Positions 54,274 through 64,000 of a stretch of DNA of 64,000 nt are shown here, in pieces. The DNA is from an uncultured Actinomycetes bacterium (lineage in GTDB: Bacteria > Actinomycetota > Thermoleophilia > UBA2241). The stretch covers positions 126,362 through 190,361 of the forward strand of contig CAVXRL010000008.1 of the NCBI GenBank assembly GCA_963764225.1, given 5' to 3'. How positions within the stretch are numbered: the stretch's first letter is position 1; every line of letters starts with the position of its first letter. The position numbers were made by a program, and so were the translations under genes. Under the pieces are notes generated by a model. It was not told where the DNA came from. It saw nothing but the letters and a program-made list of their open reading frames with translations, and ran no database searches.

Positions 54274-54890
54274 GACGTCCCGGCGGCGTCCTTGACCAGC
54301 GGGGTCGTCACGTCGTACTCCTCGCCGGAGGCCGACGTGCCGACGATGCGCAGGCTCAAGTGCGTGGCGTCCACGCTCGAGAAGACGATGCGGAAGTCTC
54401 CGGCGAGCGCTTCGAGCGCCTGCTTGAGTCGCTCCGCGTTGGCCTCTCCGGCCATCTGCGAGAAGTCGTCCAGGGTGATGACGAGGTCGGCGCCTTCGAT
54501 GTGCGCCGGAACGGCGAACTCCTGGCCCTGCTGGGATGCGGTCAGCGTGACGGAGAAGCCGTCCTCCGCGCGAGTGATCGCCGCGGCGTCGATGCCCTGC
54601 TGCCCGCTCGTCGTCCATGTGCCGAGATACTCCTCGCCGCTCGTGGTCGGGCCGCGCAGGGCGAAGAACCACACCGCGACGATGGCGATGATCGCGACGC
54701 CGCCGAAGACGAGGATCAGACGCAGCAGGCGGGAGGCGCCGGACTGCGCCGGGGCGGCTGCGGGCTGTGGCTGGAACTCCGGCGCCCACGCCGGCTCGGG
54801 GACGGTACCCGCCGCGACCGGCGTCCCGCACATGCCGCAGGTCCAGTCGCCGTCTTTGAGCGGCGCGCCGCAGCTCGGACAGTCGGCCAT
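54270..54890 (-). CDS. Zinc-ribbon membrane protein with an extracytoplasmic GTW-type domain.
   Basis: MADCPSCGAPLKDGDWTCGMCGTP (zinc ribbon), then TM LILVFGGVAIIAIVAVWFFAL, then …EEYLGTWTTSGQQGIDAAAITRAEDGFSVTL…. Confidence 0.5.
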   Translation of the reverse strand: MADCPSCGAPLKDGDWTCGMCGTPVAAGTVPEPAWAPEFQPQPAAAPAQSGASRLLRLILVFGGVAIIAIVAVWFFALRGPTTSGEEYLGTWTTSGQQGIDAAAITRAEDGFSVTLTASQQGQEFAVPAHIEGADLVITLDDFSQMAGEANAERLKQALEALAGDFRIVFSSVDATHLSLRIVGTSASGEEYDVTTPLVKDAAGTS

Positions 54891-55012
54891 CTCGTCCCCC
54901 TTCAGGGATTCAGGTCCTTCAGCCGGGCGACGCGTCTGGCCGCGCCCGGTCACCGCGCCCAGTCTATCGGCTCATCCAGCGCGGGCCATGAGCGGCGTCG
55001 TCTGCCGCAGGG

Positions 55013-56314
<1,302 letters not shown>

Positions 56315-56428
56315 CGGTACCCTCCACAGCCGCCGGCGTCACGGCGCCGGGCCGCGCCGGCTGCCGCCGGCGCGATTCTCTCACAACTCCGCTCCGGCGC
56401 CGACGGTGGCGCCGGAGCTAGGGCAGCG

Positions 56429-57094
56429 TCACTGGCCGATGGTGCTGCCGTCCGAGAGGTAGGCCTTGAGTGAGTACTTCTTGCCGCCGTCGAGCTGCCT
56501 GTAGCTGAAGTTGCCGGTGCTCTCTTCCTGGACCATGGGGCCGTCGGTGAACAGGTTCACCGGCCAGCCGATCATCTTGGCGAGCACGCCGTCCGGCATG
56601 ACCTCCTTGGCCGGCGGGTACTCCTTGCCGCCGCCGGCCTTCCACATCGCGAGCCCGCGCCGCAACACCAAGAGGCCGTAGGCGGCCGCGCCGTCCTTGT
56701 ACGCCTGCTCGGTCACCCGCGAGAGCTCGATCGTCTCGGGCGTCTTGAACATCTCGCCCGTGAACTCCAGGCCCAGCTTGTCCTGCGACCGGGACTGGAT
56801 GCGCACCGTCACGACGTGGGTGTCGATCACGAGGTCCTGGCCGTGCTGCTTCACCTCGCCCATGGGCTGATCGGGATTGGACTTGACCGTGTACGTGTCG
56901 CCGTCCTTGGCGATCTGCAGCAAGGTCATCTGACCGCCCTGGTCGCCTCCGATCCAGTAGCCGACGAGGGGGTCGGTGCTCGCCGTGGTCCCGCCGCCGC
57001 AGGCGGCGAGCGTCACGGCGAGCAGCGCGGCCGCGACGAACGCCGCGAGCGCTCGGGCGACGAGCCGTCCGGTGGATCGTCCTCTGTCAGCCAC
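56429..57094 (-). CDS. Lipoprotein with a GTW-type domain and a C-terminal pseudopilin-like domain.
   Basis: Lipobox LAACGGG. …PLVGYWIGGDQGGQMTLLQIAKDGDTYTV…EQAYKDGAAAYGLLVLRRGLAMWKAGGGKEYPPAKEVMPDGVLAKMIGWPVNLFTDGPMVQEESTGNFSYRQLDGGKKYSLKAYLSDGSTIGQ*. Confidence 0.5.
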   Translation of the reverse strand: MADRGRSTGRLVARALAAFVAAALLAVTLAACGGGTTASTDPLVGYWIGGDQGGQMTLLQIAKDGDTYTVKSNPDQPMGEVKQHGQDLVIDTHVVTVRIQSRSQDKLGLEFTGEMFKTPETIELSRVTEQAYKDGAAAYGLLVLRRGLAMWKAGGGKEYPPAKEVMPDGVLAKMIGWPVNLFTDGPMVQEESTGNFSYRQLDGGKKYSLKAYLSDGSTIGQ

Positions 57095-57467
57095 GATACG
57101 CGACCGCCTCGATCTCGACGTGCAGGTCCTTGGGGAGGCGCGCCACCTGGACCGTGGAGCGCGCCGGGTAGGGCTCCGCGAAGAACTCGGCGTACACCTC
57201 GTTGACCGCAGCGAACTCGTCCATGTCCTTGAGAAAGATGGTGGTCTTGACCACGTGGTCGAGCGTCAGGCCGGCCGCTTCGAGGGTGGCGCGCATGTTC
57301 TCCAGCGCTTTGCGCGCCTGGTCCTTGGGGGTGTAGCCGACGATCTTGCCGTCCGCGTCGAGCGGGATCTGGCCCGAGACGAAGACGTGGTCGCCGGCGC
57401 CCACGGCGGGGGAGTACGGTCCGACGGCGGGCGCGCCGTCGGGGGACGCGTAGACCTGCTTCTCCAT
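57087..57467 (-). CDS. RidA family (YjgF/L-PSP) protein.
   Basis: MEKQVYASPDGAPAVGPYSPAVGAGDHVFVSGQIPLD…TTIFLKDMDEFAAVNEVYAEFF…PARSTVQVARLP…. Confidence 0.8.
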   Translation of the reverse strand: MEKQVYASPDGAPAVGPYSPAVGAGDHVFVSGQIPLDADGKIVGYTPKDQARKALENMRATLEAAGLTLDHVVKTTIFLKDMDEFAAVNEVYAEFFAEPYPARSTVQVARLPKDLHVEIEAVAYRG

Positions 57468-57622
57468 GGGAGTCTTCCTTTCTTGCGAGCCCGGGTCAGG
57501 CGAACAGCGCGCGCACAGCCACGTAGACCAGCGCGACCGCGATGAGCAGTACGGCGGCATAGAGGAAACCCGAGAGGGTCTTCGGACTCGGGGGCTGATC
57601 GTTCCTCGGCATCCTTGAGACT

Positions 57623-57976
57623 TTAGTAGCGTTGAGCGATGGCCGCCACCTGGAGCCGCGCGCCGCCGAGCAGCCACGCGGCGCCCGCCAGCGTGACGGC
57701 GGGGTACGGCGCGCTGAACCGGGCCTCGACCTCGGCGTCGACCGAGGCGCGGTCGGCCCGGTCGACGAGGTGGATCTCGAGGCTGACCACGTCGTCCAGC
57801 GAGAGGCCGGTGGAGCGGAGCTGGTGGGCGAGGTTGTCCAGGGCGCGGGCTGCCTGCTCGGCGGCCGTGCTCCCGCTGAGCTCGCCGTGCACGTCGAGAG
57901 GAAGCTGCGCCGAGACGAACACGAAGTGGCTTGACGAGATAGCGGCCGATGCCGCGCCGAAGGGCGCCGGAGCCAT
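57623..57976 (-). CDS. Divergent second RidA-family paralog.
   Basis: MAPAPFGAASAAISSSHFVFVSAQLPLD…VVSLEIHLVDRADRASVDAEVEARFSAPYPAVTLAGAAWL…. Confidence 0.55.
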   Translation of the reverse strand: MAPAPFGAASAAISSSHFVFVSAQLPLDVHGELSGSTAAEQAARALDNLAHQLRSTGLSLDDVVSLEIHLVDRADRASVDAEVEARFSAPYPAVTLAGAAWLLGGARLQVAAIAQRY

Positions 57977-58054
57977 CGTCGATCTGACGGGTGACCTGCT
58001 CATGCAGGAGAGTGTTCCCCGCGTAGCCCCTGCGTGCACGGGCGCGGGGCGCCC

Positions 58055-58504
58055 TCAGAGGGCGAGGATCTTGGCCGCCAGGATCGCCGCGTTGCGGGAG
58101 CCGTTGATCGCGACGCACGCGACCGGTACGCCCGGAGGCATCTGCACGATGCTGAGCAGCGAGTCCAGGCCGCCGAGGTCGCTGGTCTTGATCGGCACGC
58201 CGATCACGGGCAGGTTGGTGTAGGCGGCCAGCACACCGGGGAGGGCCGCCGCCTTGCCGGCGCCGGCGATGAGTACCTTGAGCCCACGGCTCTGCGCCGT
58301 CCTGGCGTAGTGAGCCACCTTGTCGGGGTCCCGGTGCGCGGAGAGCACGTTGATCTCACATTTGATCCTGCGCTCCTTGAGTTCTTCCGCCGCCTTCTCC
58401 ATGACCTCGCGGTCGCTCTCGCTGCCCATCACGATACCGATGAGGACGGGGTCCATCTCGATACCCTTGAGGATGCTTTCCACCTCGGTGCTGGTCTCTT
58501 CCAT
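58055..58504 (-). CDS. purE: N5-carboxyaminoimidazole ribonucleotide mutase.
   Basis: …VLIGIVMGSESDREVMEKAAEEL…AGAGKAAALPGVLAAYTNLPVIGVPI…. Confidence 0.9.
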   Translation of the reverse strand: MEETSTEVESILKGIEMDPVLIGIVMGSESDREVMEKAAEELKERRIKCEINVLSAHRDPDKVAHYARTAQSRGLKVLIAGAGKAAALPGVLAAYTNLPVIGVPIKTSDLGGLDSLLSIVQMPPGVPVACVAINGSRNAAILAAKILAL

Positions 58505-58546
58505 GCCTTCTCTCCTTTGGCGTCGCGGCGCCTTGAACCGCGCGGC

Positions 58547-59863
58547 TCAGCCGGCGAAGCCGGCCGGGAACAGGTCGAGCTCGCCGGCTCGGGCCTTGAC
58601 GGCGCGCTCGGCGATGTCCGGTCGGACCTGCCGGCCGTCGAAGGTGATCAGGTCCACGGCCCGGTAGGCGCGCTCGCGGGCCGCGGCGAAGCCGTCGCCG
58701 AGCGCGCTGACGGCGAGGACGCGGCCGCCGGCCGTGACCACCCGGCCGTCCCGCAGCGCCGTGCCGGCGTGGTAGACGGTCACGCCGTCAACGGCGGCCG
58801 CCTCGGTCAGGCCGCTGATGACGTCGCCCTTGTGGCTGCTCGCCGGGTAGCCGGCGGAGGCGAGCACGACGGTGACGCAGTCCTGCGGCTTCCACAGCGA
58901 CTTGACGCCGCCGAGCCCGCCTCTTGCCGCGGCCGCGCACAGCTCCAGCAGGTCGCTGTCCAGGCGCGGCAGCACCGCCTGCGTCTCCGGGTCGCCGAAC
59001 CGGCAGTTGAACTCGAGCACCTTGATGCCGTCCTCCCCGATGATGAGGCCGGCGTACAGCACGCCGCGGTAGTTCACCCCGCGGCGGCGAAGCGCCGCGA
59101 CGACGGGCTCGACCACCTGGTCCATCGCCGCGTCGACGGCCTTCTGCTCGAATCCGGGCACGGGGCAGTAACTGCCCATGCCGCCGGTGTTGGGTCCCTG
59201 GTCGCCGGCGAAGATGCGTTTGTAGTCCTGCGCCGGCGCCAGCGGCACCGTCGTCTCGCCGTCGCAGAGCACCAGCAGCGAGACCTCGGAGCCGGTGAGG
59301 TACTCCTCGGTGATGAGCACGTCGCCGGCCTCTCCGAACTCACGAGCGACGAAGCAGGCCGCGATCGCCTCGCGCGCTTCGTCCCTGTCCCTGCAGATCA
59401 GCACGCCTTTACCGGCGGCCAGGCCGTCGGCCTTGACGACCAGCGGGTAGTCTTCGCGACCCTCCACCTCGGCCAGCGCCGTGGTGAGGGCGGTGTGCCG
59501 CCGGTAGGCTCCCGTGGCGACGCCGCCGTCGGCCATGACCTCCTTGGCGAACACCTTGCTGCCCTCGAGCTGCGCGGCCTCACGATTCGGCCCGAACACG
59601 GCGAGACCGTGTTCTTCGAACAGGTCGGTGAGCCCGATGACGAGCGGGCCCTCGGGGCCAACCACCGTGAGGTCGACGTTCTCGCGGCTGGCGAAGTCGA
59701 GCAGCGCGGGGAGGTCGTCGGCGGCAATGGGGATGTTGTCGGCCTCGGCGGCGGTGCCGGCGTTGCCCGGGGCGCAGAAGATGCGCTCGGCGAGCGAGGA
59801 CTGGGCGAAGGAATGGACGAGGGCGTGCTCCCTGCCGCCGCCGCCCACAACGAGCACGCGCAT
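58547..59863 (-). CDS. purD: Phosphoribosylamine--glycine ligase.
   Basis: MRVLVVGGGGREHALVHSF… with ATP-grasp motifs (…LVVKADGLAAGKGV…VLEFNCRFGDPETQ…). Confidence 0.9.
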   Translation of the reverse strand: MRVLVVGGGGREHALVHSFAQSSLAERIFCAPGNAGTAAEADNIPIAADDLPALLDFASRENVDLTVVGPEGPLVIGLTDLFEEHGLAVFGPNREAAQLEGSKVFAKEVMADGGVATGAYRRHTALTTALAEVEGREDYPLVVKADGLAAGKGVLICRDRDEAREAIAACFVAREFGEAGDVLITEEYLTGSEVSLLVLCDGETTVPLAPAQDYKRIFAGDQGPNTGGMGSYCPVPGFEQKAVDAAMDQVVEPVVAALRRRGVNYRGVLYAGLIIGEDGIKVLEFNCRFGDPETQAVLPRLDSDLLELCAAAARGGLGGVKSLWKPQDCVTVVLASAGYPASSHKGDVISGLTEAAAVDGVTVYHAGTALRDGRVVTAGGRVLAVSALGDGFAAARERAYRAVDLITFDGRQVRPDIAERAVKARAGELDLFPAGFAG

Positions 59864-60045
59864 GGGGCCTCCGAGTGAGTCTTGAGGGTGCCCGGGCGGC
59901 ACGACCGCCCGCCCGGCCCGACGCACGCAAGTCTACTCGGGCCGGTCGGGCCGGGGAAGGGGGGGCGAGGGTGGCGGGTTGACCCCCGACCCTGACGAAG
60001 GACTGTGGGGCGCGACCGCCTCCCTCCGGGGAGACCCCTCACTCC

Positions 60046-60151
<106 letters not shown>

Positions 60152-60176
60152 TCCCCGCCCGCGCCCGCGTCACCGG

Positions 60177-60953
60177 TCAGATCGACTTCTGGTACACGCG
60201 GAACGCTCGCGTGGCCAGCCACGTGCACACGACGGTGAACAGCGCGAGCCAGCCCATGCGCATGAAGACGACCGCCCAGTCCGGGTTCGCGGTCAGGCCT
60301 TCGCGCCCGGCCTGGACCGCCCAGTTCACGGGGTTGTACCTCGCGACGGTCTGCATCCAGCCGGGCATGAGCGTCTGCGCCATGAACACGGAGCTCAGGA
60401 ACACCAGCGGGAGCAGCACGAAGTTGCTGACGGCGATCATCGTCTCCTCCTTGCGCGCGAGGAGCGCGATGGCGTTGCTCAGCGCGCCGATCCCGGTGCC
60501 GAGCAGTACGGCACACACGGTGAGCGCGACCATGCCGGGGAGGCCGCCGGGGTACCGCGCCCCGACGATCAGCCCCAGGACGATGATGATCGCCGACTGG
60601 ATCACGCCGACGACGGCGCCCTGGAGCAGGCGCCCGGAGATGAGCGAACCCCTGCTCGCCGGGCTGACGAGGAACCTGTCCACCACGCCCCGGTTGATGT
60701 CGTCGATCAGGCCCATGCCGCTCCAGCCGGCGCTGAACAGACAGGTCATCACGACGATCCCCGGCGTGAGGAAGTCGATGTAACTCCCGGCGCCGAACCC
60801 GGGGATCTCGACGATCCTGCGGAACAGCGCGCCGTAGAGTAGCAGCCACACCACGGGCTGCACGAGCGAGATGAAGATCCAGACAGGCTGCCGGATGAGG
60901 TTGCGGAAGTGCCGCTGGGTCATGAACCAGGTGTCTGCGAACGCGTTGCTCAT
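60177..60953 (-). CDS. ABC-2 type transporter permease.
   Basis: Six predicted TM helices (…VWIFISLVQPVVWLLLYGALF…). The ATG overlaps the ATPase stop (ATGA). Confidence 0.8.
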   Translation of the reverse strand: MSNAFADTWFMTQRHFRNLIRQPVWIFISLVQPVVWLLLYGALFRRIVEIPGFGAGSYIDFLTPGIVVMTCLFSAGWSGMGLIDDINRGVVDRFLVSPASRGSLISGRLLQGAVVGVIQSAIIIVLGLIVGARYPGGLPGMVALTVCAVLLGTGIGALSNAIALLARKEETMIAVSNFVLLPLVFLSSVFMAQTLMPGWMQTVARYNPVNWAVQAGREGLTANPDWAVVFMRMGWLALFTVVCTWLATRAFRVYQKSI

Positions 60954-61928
60954 GGCTGCTTCTTCTCCTCTTCGTCGGCCTCGCTGAAGGCGCGGCCGGC
61001 GTACCGCAGGTACACGTCGTCGAGCGACGGTCGCGAGACCGTGACCGAGGCGACCTTGACGCCCTCGGCCTCGAGCGCGGCCAGCACGGCCGGCACGGCG
61101 CGCGCGCCGCTGTCGGTGCGCGCGCGCAGTGCGCGCCCGTCCACAGCGACGTCGTAGAGGTGCTCGGCCACCCTGTCGAGGGCGCGGCCGACCTCGCCGT
61201 CGAGCGACTGGTCCTCCAGCTCGACGGCGATGGCGTCGCCGCGCAGCTCGCCCTTGAGCTCGTCGGGCGTTCCCTCGGCCACCACGAGCCCGCGGTCGAC
61301 GATCGCCAGCCTCTGGGCGAGGCCGTCGGCCTCCTCCATGTAGTGCGTCGTCATCAGGATCGTCAGGCCCTCGTCGCCGGCGAGCCGCGCGATCTCGCTC
61401 CACATGTCGGTGCGCGCCTCCGGGTCCAGCCCCGTGGTCGGCTCGTCCAGGAACAGCACCTGCGGCCGGTGCATCAGGCCGACGGCCACGTCGAGCTTGC
61501 GCTGCATGCCGCCCGAGTAGGTGCGCACCGTCCGGTCGGCCGCCTCAGCTCAGGCCGAAGCCGTCGAGCAGTTCCTGCGCCCTCGACTTGAGGGCACCGC
61601 CGCGCATCCCGTACACGCGGCCCTGCAGGATCAGGTTCTCGCGCCCCGTCGCCTGTGGGTCGAGCCCCGACTTCTGCGCCACGCAGCCGATAGCCAAGCG
61701 CACCTTGTCGGGCTGCCGGATCACATCGTAGCCGGCCACGTACGCCTCGCCGGCGTCGGGCCGAGAGAGCGTGGTCAGGATCTTCACCGTGGTCGACTTG
61801 CCGGCCCCGTTGGGGCCGAGCAGACCGAACACCGTGCCCGCAGGCACCGCGAGGCTCACCCCTTTGAGCGCCTGCACGTCGCCGCGGTAGGTCTTCACGA
61901 GACCTCGGGCTTCGATGGCGTTGTCCAT
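60950..61928 (-). CDS. ABC transporter ATP-binding protein, with an apparent frameshift near ~61535.
   Basis: Walker A GLLGPNGAGKSTT is in ORF 61545..61928. ABC signature/Walker B …SGGMQRKLDVAVGLMHRPQVLFLDEPTTGLDP… is in ORF 60950..61528. Confidence 0.85.
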
Positions 61929-62137
61929 GGCGTCCCGTCCTTCCTTCCGCTCGGCGGCCGGTCGACCGACGCGCCATCCGTCCGCAGCGGAAGCCAGTGT
62001 AGCTCGAATTGTTAGATTGTCAAATCTTTAGATTCCGATATACTCTTCCCAACGGAAGACACGGGGCACGCCGACCAGCACCACTGTCCGGCGGCCCACC
62101 TTACGGGAGTGTTCCCCCTTCTTGACTGGAGGTAGAG

Positions 62138-63253
62138 ATGAGAGACGACGTGCAGACGGGCGACCTGGTCGACCAGGTCGGGATCGAGCTGGATGAGCTG
62201 CGCCGCGCCGGCGACCAGCTCGACGAGGCCGTGGCGCTGCAGTTCGGGCTGAACCGCACCGACTTGCGCTGCCTTGGCATCCTGTACCGCCGCGGCCGAG
62301 TGACCGCGGGCGAGCTGGCGGAGGAGAGCGGGCTGACGCCGGGGGCGATCACCACGGTGCTGGACCGGCTCGAGCGCGGCGGCTATGCCAACCGGGTCCC
62401 GGACCCGGCGGACCGCCGCCGCGTGCTGGTGGTCTCCACCGCGGCGACGCGCGAGATCGGCGCCCGTATACAGGGCGAGGTGGAGCTCGCGGCGCGCGCG
62501 CTGCTCGAGGACCGCGAGCCGGGCGAGCTCACCGTGATCCGCGACTACCTGCAGGGCGCTCGCGGCGTGTACGAGAGCCAGATCGCGGCCCTCACCGCCG
62601 AGGCGGCGCCGGGGGCCCGCGAGGCGACCGGTGACGACTCCGCGGACGCCCAGAGCCACGCTCCGCTCACGGGGGTGACGGCGGGACGCCTCGAGTTCAC
62701 CAAGGGCGCCTCCAAGGTCACCCTGCACGCCGACCCCGCGCTCGCCGAGCTCTACCAGGCGAGCTTCGAGGGGCCGGCGCCGGAGATCACGGTGAGCGGC
62801 GGCACGGTCACCGTGCAGCAGCGCCGCCGCTTCCGGCCCTTCGACTGGCGCGCGCAGTCCGCCGACTTCAAACTCACCACCTTGGTGCCGTGGGACGTCT
62901 CACTGCGCGGTGGCATGTGGAAGCTCGACGCCGACTTCGGCGGCCTGCAGCTGACGCGGCTGGAGGTCGCCGGCGGCGCCAGTGACATCGAGATCGTGCT
63001 TCCCGCCCCGGTGGGAGTGGTGCCGGTGCGGCTTTCCGGCGGCGCGAGCAAGGTCACGTTGCGCCGCCCCAGGGGTGCCGAGGCTCGCGCCGAGGTCAGT
63101 GGCGGGGCGACCCAGCTGGTGTTCGACGACCAGCGTCTCGGGGCAGTCGGCGGACGCACGGTCCTGGCGTCGGGCGGGTTCGCGGACGCGGCGGACCGCT
63201 ACGAGATCCGCTTCACCGGCGGCGCCAGCCAGGTGACGGTCGCGGTGATCTGA
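62138..63253 (+). CDS. MarR-family winged-helix regulator fused to a ~220-aa C-terminal beta-rich (DUF4097/adhesin-like) domain.
   Basis: …LRCLGILYRRGRVTAGELAEESGLTPGAITTVLDRLERGGYANRVPDPADRRRVLV… is a MarR wHTH. The C-terminus has repeated …LSGGASKVTLRRP…/…FTGGASQVTVAVI beta-strand repeats. It is divergent from the ABC exporter. Confidence 0.6.
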   Translation: MRDDVQTGDLVDQVGIELDELRRAGDQLDEAVALQFGLNRTDLRCLGILYRRGRVTAGELAEESGLTPGAITTVLDRLERGGYANRVPDPADRRRVLVVSTAATREIGARIQGEVELAARALLEDREPGELTVIRDYLQGARGVYESQIAALTAEAAPGAREATGDDSADAQSHAPLTGVTAGRLEFTKGASKVTLHADPALAELYQASFEGPAPEITVSGGTVTVQQRRRFRPFDWRAQSADFKLTTLVPWDVSLRGGMWKLDADFGGLQLTRLEVAGGASDIEIVLPAPVGVVPVRLSGGASKVTLRRPRGAEARAEVSGGATQLVFDDQRLGAVGGRTVLASGGFADAADRYEIRFTGGASQVTVAVI

Positions 63254-63674
63254 CGCTCGTGGTCACAGTCGATCGAGCGGAGAGGAAGAAGGGACGTCTG
63301 TCCTCGACGAGCTTCTGCCGCTGCAAGGACCTCCTGGCCCCTGTAGAGAGCCACGGCGGCCGACGGGCGGCGGGGCGCGACGCCCCGCCGCCCCGCAAGG
63401 GGGTAAGGGTCAGGCCGCGCGGAGCGTCCGTTCGTCGCTCTCCTCGCCGGAGGGAATGGTCTGGACACGCCTGCTCCTGCGCCACGAGAAGAAGGCGGCG
63501 ATGGCCGCTCCTCCCCCGATGAGCCACATCAGCGTGACGATCGGAGCCCCCGCGAACGGGATCAGCCGCACGAGCTGCGAGGCGATGATGCCGACGGTCA
63601 TCGCCAGCATCAGGTTCTCCCCGTGGTAGCCCACCAGGCGCAGAAGCGCCCTGCCGAAGAACGCGGTCGCCCAG

Positions 63675-64000
63675 CTACACCGCGCCGCCGCGGCCGATGC
63701 TCCGCGGCAGGATGATCGTCTCGTCGCGCCCGGGCCCCACGGCGATGAACTTGACGCGCGTCTTGGTGAAGTCCGCGATGTACTGGACGTAGTCGCGCGC
63801 GTTCTGCGGCAGGTCCTGCCACGTCTCGCAGTCGCGGATGTCCTCGGTCCAGCCGGGGAGCTCCTCGTAGACCGGCTTGGCGTGGTGGAAGTCGGTCTGC
63901 AGCAGCGGGAACTCGTCCAGCATCCGGCGGCCGGCCTTGTACTCGGTGCAGACCTTGAGCACCGCAAGGCCGGTGAGCACGTCCATCTTGGTGATCGCGA
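63675..64000 (-). CDS. purA: Adenylosuccinate synthetase, C-terminal part only (the gene continues beyond the window).
   Basis: …LPGWTEDIRDCETWQDLPQNARDYVQYIADFTKTRVKFIAVGPGRDETIIL… is the PurA C-terminus. Confidence 0.85.
   Translation of the reverse strand, partial: AITKMDVLTGLAVLKVCTEYKAGRRMLDEFPLLQTDFHHAKPVYEELPGWTEDIRDCETWQDLPQNARDYVQYIADFTKTRVKFIAVGPGRDETIILPRSIGRGGAV

Overview
This is a 64 kb window of very high-GC (~70%) bacterial chromosome, gene-dense on both strands and probably actinobacterial. The tandem-GNAT MshD-like acetyltransferase points that way, but that is inference.

Most of the content is housekeeping or accessory metabolism:
- Purine biosynthesis is scattered across the window: purS-purQ-purL-purF, purB, purE-purD, and the 3' end of purA.
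- Also present are ddl, aroA, a CoA-disulfide-reductase-like flavoprotein, a SulP transporter, and a Cys-type sulfatase with its radical-SAM maturase (anSME).
- A WbpA/WbpB/WbpD-like nucleotide-sugar trio is present.
- An ECF sigma/anti-sigma pair and a MarR-fusion regulator sit next to an ABC exporter.

The main result is two methylamine methyltransferase genes, each with one in-frame amber (TAG) codon at the position where archaeal orthologs carry pyrrolysine (from memory of the M. barkeri sequences).
- mttB (trimethylamine methyltransferase, 39079..40551) has TAG at 40060-40062.
- mtbB (dimethylamine methyltransferase, 41837..43228) has TAG at 42875-42877.
- Both reading frames are intact on either side of the TAG.
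- This implies genetically encoded pyrrolysine in a high-GC bacterium. No pylTSBCD or corrinoid-partner genes are visible in this window.

A second notable feature is a paralogous family of membrane-anchored or lipoprotein genes. They share a C-terminal pseudopilin-like domain (WP-x-NPF...Y-x-Y...Y-x-L...LSDG-x-TY), and some also share an N-terminal 'GTW' domain. They are dispersed around the pur genes.

Other points:
- There are two long poly-C tracts at 60047-60151.
- An apparent rearrangement junction of two transporter gene fragments lies at ~35.1-35.2 kb.
- At least 10 apparent frameshifts occur in otherwise conserved genes, which suggests indel-type sequence errors.
- No rRNA, tRNA, CRISPR or transposase genes were recognised.
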